Shown: positions 55,739 through 60,297 of the stretch, one piece after another | Position numbering within the stretch: the stretch's first letter is position 1 | Layout of the letters: every line of letters begins with the position of its first letter | From: a virus | Taxonomy: Duplodnaviria; Caudoviricetes | Length of the DNA: 60,297 bases | Direction: 5' to 3' (one strand) | Virus record (IMG/VR): IMGVR_UViG_3300017941_000009 | Coordinates: 1 to 60,297 of that record | Program-made: the position numbers and the translations under genes | Notes under the pieces: generated by a model | Told to the model about the DNA's origin: nothing | Seen by the model: the letters and a program-made list of their open reading frames with translations, nothing else | The model's database searches: none

Positions 55739-55813
55739 GTCACCATGCCCCTGGTCCGCCTGCGGAAGCTCCAGGCGCTGGGGCTCCTCCACACCACCGG
55801 GGCGATTCGATGA
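55739..55813 (+). pseudogene. Displaced duplicate of the ATP-grasp gene 3' end
   Basis: VTMPLVRLRKLQALGLLHTTGAIR* versus PTLPLARLRRLQAIGLLPRGAIR* at 54981..55052. Confidence 0.8.
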
Positions 55814-56154
55814 CGCACATGGAGACGGAGGCGGTCCGCCGTGAGATTGCCCAGCGGTTGGCTGACCTCGATGCGAAGGTCACCCAGCGGTTCGACTTTG
55901 AAGCGACGGCGCGTGCGGCGGCGCTTGATGCCGAGGTCAGCGCGCGTGCCGATGCGCTTGCCGCAATGGACAAGCGGCTCGGCCTCTTGAACGAGTTGCG
56001 GACGGGCATCCTCACGCGGGACGAGTTCGAGGCCAAGCACAAGAGCGTCGAGGACCGTCTGCACGGCGTCGAGCGGTTGGTGTGGATGGCCGCCGGTGCG
56101 TCGGGACTGCTCGGGGGTATCATCGCCGCCGCGATCGCGCGGCTACTCAAGTAG
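55810..56154 (+). CDS. Coiled-coil protein with C-terminal TM (lysis cassette)
   Basis: Heptad region followed by LVWMAAGASGLLGGIIAAAIA. Confidence 0.7.
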   Translation: MTHMETEAVRREIAQRLADLDAKVTQRFDFEATARAAALDAEVSARADALAAMDKRLGLLNELRTGILTRDEFEAKHKSVEDRLHGVERLVWMAAGASGLLGGIIAAAIARLLK

Positions 56155-56167
56155 ACCTGGAGGCATT

Positions 56168-56359
56168 ATGTCGCTCGCCCTCTTCCTGTCCTGGGTGTTC
56201 TTCTTCGTCATCCTCGCCGTCATCGCGTGGCTGCTGTGGCGCGCCGTGGGCAAGTTGCCCGCTGGGACGCCGGCGTGGGTGGCCTCCCTCTGTTACGTCC
56301 TCATCCTGGTGGCCTGCGCGATCGCGGTGGCGGTGCGCGCGGGCATTCTACGCGGATGA
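56168..56359 (+). CDS. Small 2-TM protein (holin/antiholin candidate)
   Basis: GGAGG SD; two hydrophobic helices. Confidence 0.65.
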   Translation: MSLALFLSWVFFFVILAVIAWLLWRAVGKLPAGTPAWVASLCYVLILVACAIAVAVRAGILRG

Positions 56360-56613
56360 CGACCCCCGCGGCGCCAGCGCCGCCCCCGGCGCCCTTCTCG
56401 CTGACGGACAGCATCCGGCGCACGGCGCGCGGCCTGTTCATCATCCTCGTGTGCGCGGCCATCGCCGGCTGGCTCTTCGACAAGGATCCGGCGAAGCTCG
56501 TGCCGGTCCTGTGGGTCGTGGTGGTCGCGATGGGCGTAGGCGAGGCTTCCAACGTCGGAAAAAGAGCGACTACGCAGCCGGCCCTGATGCCTTCTTCGAC
56601 CAAGGATGGATAG
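56356..56613 (+). CDS. 2-TM holin candidate
   Basis: Two TM helices, directly upstream of the endolysin. Confidence 0.6.
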   Translation: MTTPAAPAPPPAPFSLTDSIRRTARGLFIILVCAAIAGWLFDKDPAKLVPVLWVVVVAMGVGEASNVGKRATTQPALMPSSTKDG

Positions 56614-57075
56614 ATGACACCTCCCACGATGGCGGAACTGGTCCGCTCCGCGACGGCGCAGGAGCACGGCATCGACAACACGCCGCCTGCGGCGCTCCTC
56701 GCCAACGGCGAACGGCTCTGTGCCTTTCTCGGCGAGGTGTTCGCCATGTGGGGGTCGGACGCCACGATCAGCAGCGGCTACCGCTGCCCTCTGGTGAACA
56801 AGTTGGTCGGCAGCCAAGAGGGCAGCGCCCACGAGGAGTTCCGCGCGGGCGACCTGAATCCCACGGCGATGCCGCTCGAGCAGTGCTTCGATCTCCTGGC
56901 CAGGAGCGACCTACCCTTCGATCAGCTCATCGAGGAGGGGATGGTGCGCGACGGAGTGGTGGTGCTGTGGCTGCACATCGCCATCGCACGCGACGGGGAG
57001 ACCCCGCGGCGGGAGGTGCTGCGCGGCGACGGCGTTCAGGGTCACATGCACTACACCCGCATCGCGGCCGGCTGA
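56614..57075 (+). CDS. Endolysin, peptidase M15 family
   Basis: ISSGYRCPLVNKLVG...SAH....AGD...FDQLI...WLHI. Confidence 0.92.
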   Translation: MTPPTMAELVRSATAQEHGIDNTPPAALLANGERLCAFLGEVFAMWGSDATISSGYRCPLVNKLVGSQEGSAHEEFRAGDLNPTAMPLEQCFDLLARSDLPFDQLIEEGMVRDGVVVLWLHIAIARDGETPRREVLRGDGVQGHMHYTRIAAG

Positions 57076-57094
57076 GGTCGCAGAAGGAACTCTT

Positions 57095-57412
57095 ATGACA
57101 CCGCCCGTGGCACCTCCGGTGCCCCACACGACCCTCTTCTCCCAGCTCTACAACTGGCTGGGGAAGCTCACCTTCCTCCACTGGCCGACCTTGGTCGCCG
57201 AGCTGGCCGGCGGCCTGTTCCTCGTGGCGCTGGTCACGGTGGTGGTGCTCCTGGCGCACGGCTGGGTGGCCCTGTTGCTGCTCGCCACCGCGGGCAGCCT
57301 CGCGTTCGAGCTGAAGCTGGACCCCTCAGGGTTCAAGTGGCTGGACGTGCTCGAGCGTGAGCTCGGCATCCTGGTCGGCGTCCTGATCGTGCACCTGGTG
57401 CTGCGACTGTGA
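57095..57412 (+). CDS. Multi-TM membrane protein (lysis cassette)
   Basis: AAGGA SD; about three hydrophobic segments. Confidence 0.65.
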   Translation: MTPPVAPPVPHTTLFSQLYNWLGKLTFLHWPTLVAELAGGLFLVALVTVVVLLAHGWVALLLLATAGSLAFELKLDPSGFKWLDVLERELGILVGVLIVHLVLRL

Positions 57413-58038
57413 AAGCCCTGCGCTGGTACGCGCTGGTGGCGCTCCTCGCCCTGGCAGGAGGCGTCCTGCTGGGGCGGGCTGGCAGTGGCGCAACGGCCGC
57501 CGAGAAGGCGTCCCGTGACTCCCTCGCGCTCGCCCGCCGGGCGCTGGACGCCGCGGTGCACACCGCCGACAGCCTCCGTGCGCACGGGGACTCTGTGGCG
57601 GGGGCGGCCGTCGCCTCGGCGGCCGGAACCGTCGGGCCAATGCGGCTGCACACGGACACCCAGATCGTCACGGTCGAGCGCCTGGTGCCCGATACCGGCG
57701 CCCTACGCCGTGCGTGGGACGCTGTACCGCTCGCTGTGGCGGCCGAGCGGGCTCATGGAGACACGCTGGTCGCCCGGCTGGCGGCCGATACCCTCCTCAA
57801 GGCCAAGGACCTCAGCGTGGCGTACAGCGAGCGGGCGGCCTATCAGGCCCAGCGGGACGAAGCCCAGCGCCAGCTCGACGCCTGCCTCAAGCGCCGGACC
57901 GAGCCGCCGATCACCCTTGGTGCCACCGCCGGCGGGGTGGTCGTGTACCACGGCGGCACCCTCCTGGTCGGGCCCGGAGCTGCGGCCGGCCTGACGGTGC
58001 GCATCAAGATCCCCCTGCCGAGGTTCCTGGGCGGATAG
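57409..58038 (+). CDS. Spanin-like protein (N-terminal anchor, coiled coil, C-terminal beta hairpin)
   Basis: Last gene of the lysis cassette; architecture only. Confidence 0.55.
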   Translation: MKALRWYALVALLALAGGVLLGRAGSGATAAEKASRDSLALARRALDAAVHTADSLRAHGDSVAGAAVASAAGTVGPMRLHTDTQIVTVERLVPDTGALRRAWDAVPLAVAAERAHGDTLVARLAADTLLKAKDLSVAYSERAAYQAQRDEAQRQLDACLKRRTEPPITLGATAGGVVVYHGGTLLVGPGAAAGLTVRIKIPLPRFLGG

Positions 58039-58039
58039 G

Positions 58040-58112
58040 GGGACACCCAGGGGTACACCCCAGTCGTTCCTATTACGTTCATGTTGACAGGTGTACCCCC
58101 CGGGTGTACCTT
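58040..58112 (+). promoter_or_regulatory. Early promoter with repeated GGTGTACC operators
   Basis: TTGACA(58084)-17 bp-TACCTT(58107). GGTGTACC at 58090 and 58103, inverted copy GGGGTACACC at 58050, partial GGACACC at about 58041. Confidence 0.8.
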
Positions 58113-58122
58113 CGGTATCACG

Positions 58123-58296
58123 ATGATCAAGCTCACCGTGAACGTCTCGAAGATGACCTTCGCCTGGCTCGAGCGGCTGGCTAAGCCGAACGGCCTCACG
58201 CCCCGCGGTGCGGCGCGCGAGGTCCTCGAGCTGGTGCGCGATCCCCAGCGCCCCAATCCCCTCACGAAGCCTCCGTTGCCGGAGTCCCCGCGGTGA
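58123..58296 (+). CDS. Ribbon-helix-helix (CopG/Arc-like) regulator
   Basis: MIKLTVNVSKMTFAWLERLAKPNGLTPRGAAREVL has the strand-helix-G-helix pattern. Confidence 0.7.
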   Translation: MIKLTVNVSKMTFAWLERLAKPNGLTPRGAAREVLELVRDPQRPNPLTKPPLPESPR

Positions 58297-58553
58297 GGGC
58301 CGAGTTCCAGGCCCTCGACATCGATGACCGCCGGAGCCAGGTCAACCTCCGCGCGCGGGTGTTCGACGATGCCGGCGAGCACGTGGCCACCGTGGTGCGC
58401 CTCGCGCCCGATGCCACCCGGCACAGCATCCGCCGCGAAGCGACCTACGTCTGTGGCTGCTGGAAGTCCAACGGGATGACGGTGCAGCGCGAGCACTGCC
58501 TCCACATCCAGTGCGTCGAGGCCGCCGTGGCCGCCGCGGAGACGACCCCGTGA
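58293..58553 (+). CDS. SWIM zinc-finger protein
   Basis: YVCGCW...EHCLHIQCV (CxC...CxH). Confidence 0.65.
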   Translation: MRAEFQALDIDDRRSQVNLRARVFDDAGEHVATVVRLAPDATRHSIRREATYVCGCWKSNGMTVQREHCLHIQCVEAAVAAAETTP

Positions 58554-58834
58554 ACCAGTGGGCCGTGTGCGCTTATGTGCTCGTGGCCTTCTGGGCGCTC
58601 AGTGTCGGGACGGCTGGTCTCTGTGTCGCCGTGGATGTCTGGCTCCAGAGGCGGCGCGCGCGGGCCGTCGACCCCCGCACGGAGCCGGGTGTGTCCGCGG
58701 ACGCGGTGCGCGCCTACCTCGACCAGCAGCGTGCGGCCGAGGATACCGAGCGGAGTATAGCGGCGGACCGCCTCATCGAAGAGACCCAGCTCTATCGTGG
58801 CTCAGACACCGACTACCCGCGGGGGACGTGGTGA
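58550..58834 (+). CDS. Membrane-anchored hypothetical protein
   Basis: N-terminal TM; GTGA-coupled. Confidence 0.55.
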   Translation: MNQWAVCAYVLVAFWALSVGTAGLCVAVDVWLQRRRARAVDPRTEPGVSADAVRAYLDQQRAAEDTERSIAADRLIEETQLYRGSDTDYPRGTW

Positions 58835-59133
58835 GTCTCACGATCAATGCTATCCTCGACCACGCGCAGAAGGAGATCGACGAGGAGCGCGCGGATATGG
58901 TGAAGCATCTCGAGAAGGCGGCAGAGTCTGGTCGTCGGATCGCGATGCTCGAGAGTGCGCTCATCCTCGCGCAGGACCACAAGGCCGCTCAGGCCGGTAC
59001 CGATGCAGCACCGACGGATCCACTAAGCACTCACCCTGGAGGGGGGAATGACAGCACCACAGCAGGAAGCCCCGCCCGTAGTGGGCGTGGAGATGCTCGC
59101 CGAGCAGGTGCGGCGAGTCCAGACGCTTCGTAA
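58831..59133 (+). CDS. Hypothetical coiled-coil protein
   Basis: GTGA-coupled; 3' end overlaps the next gene. Confidence 0.5.
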   Translation: MSLTINAILDHAQKEIDEERADMVKHLEKAAESGRRIAMLESALILAQDHKAAQAGTDAAPTDPLSTHPGGGNDSTTAGSPARSGRGDARRAGAASPDAS

Positions 59134-59581
59134 CGACCTCGCTGGTCGGCAGGAGGAGCTGGGGGAGGCGCAGCGCCAGTTCCTCGTCGCACACGCCGCC
59201 CAGGTCCTCGTCATCAAGGAGCGGGCGGCGGAGGTGGAGGCGGCGGAGATGGCGCTCCGCGCGCTGGCCATCGACCACTTCACCCGCACCGGCGAGACCA
59301 AGCCCACCGCCGGCGTCGAGGTGAAGCAGCGGAACGTCTACGCCATCACCGATGCCGTCGCGGCCCTCGCATGGGCGAAGAGCAGCGGCGTGGGCCTCGT
59401 CCCCGAGAGCATCGACGAGAAGGCCATCCTGAAGGTGGCCACCGTGTCCACCCTGCCCTTCGTCTCCCACACCACCACCCCCCAGGCCCAGATCGCCACG
59501 GACCTGGACAAGGTCCTCGTCACGGTTGGGTCGAGGCCGCGCGGCCCAGAAGGTCCAGCGGGACCGCGAGGTACCCAATGA
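59048..59581 (+). CDS. Gam/Gp157-like coiled-coil protein of the recombination module
   Basis: GGAGGGG SD; coiled coil then GVEVK...ALAWAK...IDEKAILK; upstream of recT. Confidence 0.55.
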   Translation: MTAPQQEAPPVVGVEMLAEQVRRVQTLRNDLAGRQEELGEAQRQFLVAHAAQVLVIKERAAEVEAAEMALRALAIDHFTRTGETKPTAGVEVKQRNVYAITDAVAALAWAKSSGVGLVPESIDEKAILKVATVSTLPFVSHTTTPQAQIATDLDKVLVTVGSRPRGPEGPAGPRGTQ

Positions 59582-60297
59582 CCGCGCCCACCACGGCGAT
59601 GGTGACCCGCGACGAGTTCCTCGCGGAGCTCACGAAGAGGTACGGCGACCAGATCACCGCGCTCGCACCGCAGGGCGCCACGCCCGCGCACTACGCGGCC
59701 TCGCTGAGGCTCTACGCGGCGACCAACCCCGGCCTGCTCAAGTGCACGAAGAAGAGCGTGATGGTTGGGATGCTGCGGGTCGCCCAGACGGGGCTCGAGC
59801 TCGGGGTGACGTGCGACCTCCTGACGTTCAAGGATACGGCGCAGTTCTCGCCGCGCTACCAGGGGATAGTCGAGCTCGCGCTCGGAGCCGGCACGCGGGT
59901 CATCAACGCCGACGTGGTGCGCAAGGGCGATGAGTTCATCTTCGAGAAGGGCACTCGACCCTACATGAAGCACGTGCGGCACGCCGCCGCAGATGCGGAG
60001 GTCACGGGGGCGTACGCCATCGGCGAGATCCGGGTCAACTCCTTCGCGATGGTGTACCTCACGCGGGACGAGATCGAGGACACCCGCAAGCGGTACTCGA
60101 AGAAGTGGTGGGCGAAGAAGGACGGCACGCCCATCCCGCTCGAGACGATCCCGTGGTACGGGCGGAAGACCGCCATCCGGCGGCTGGCCGAGTACCTGCC
60201 GAAGAACGCCCGGCTCGCCGCGGCGCTGCTGTTCGCGGACGAGAAGCCCGAGGAGGAGATCCCGGATGGCGTCAGTGAACCTATCCCGCCGGACGTG
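59578..60297 (+). CDS. recT: RecT-family single-strand annealing protein (runs off the window end)
   Basis: NPGLLKCTKKSV...AQTGLELG...AQF..RYQGIVELA...VVRKGDEF...GAYA...EIE...KTAIRRLAEYLP. Absent from the ORF track because there is no stop. Confidence 0.92.
   Translation, partial: MTAPTTAMVTRDEFLAELTKRYGDQITALAPQGATPAHYAASLRLYAATNPGLLKCTKKSVMVGMLRVAQTGLELGVTCDLLTFKDTAQFSPRYQGIVELALGAGTRVINADVVRKGDEFIFEKGTRPYMKHVRHAAADAEVTGAYAIGEIRVNSFAMVYLTRDEIEDTRKRYSKKWWAKKDGTPIPLETIPWYGRKTAIRRLAEYLPKNARLAAALLFADEKPEEEIPDGVSEPIPPDV

Larger units (their letters stand above)
1..60297. mobile_element. Near-complete circularly permuted dsDNA tailed phage genome (podovirus-like)
   Basis: Terminase, portal, scaffold, capsid, adaptor, nozzle, ejection, lysis and recombination genes are present. 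No tape measure, sheath or host housekeeping genes seen. The RecT ORF appears to continue across the ends. Confidence 0.92.

Overview
The window looks like an essentially complete, circularly permuted, high-GC (about 70% by eye) genome of a podovirus-like tailed phage. A RecT gene running off the right end appears to resume at base 1. Layout: (i) rightward early/replication genes (58123..60297 joined to 1..5717: RHH regulator, SWIM protein, Gam/Gp157-like protein, RecT, HNH, replication initiator, Lar-like protein); (ii) a leftward block of small early genes (5684..11012) from a strong divergent promoter; (iii) terS/terL followed by an accessory cassette (MmcB-like nuclease, a second and apparently dead terminase nuclease domain, several glycosyltransferases, methyltransferase-like proteins, PIG-L deacetylase, beta-propeller lipoprotein); (iv) tail genes (adaptor paralogs, BACON protein, nozzle with FN3 domains, Gly-Pro-Ser collagen-like fibre); (v) portal, scaffold, capsid and ejection proteins; (vi) a PurD-like ATP-grasp ligase, an inserted HNH gene and a lysis cassette. 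I saw no integrase, DNA polymerase, helicase, reverse transcriptase, tRNA or CRISPR array. The most notable unexplained signals are: two tandem antisense HxxH-periodic His-rich peptides; a structured two-hairpin leader repeated before both structural operons, one copy next to a DUF2292-like microprotein; an HNH element that seems to have replaced the 3' end of its target gene; a catalytically substituted terminase nuclease paralog; a probable virion glycosylation system; and a J-domain inside the giant ejection protein. All family calls come from motif recognition by eye, not from database searches.
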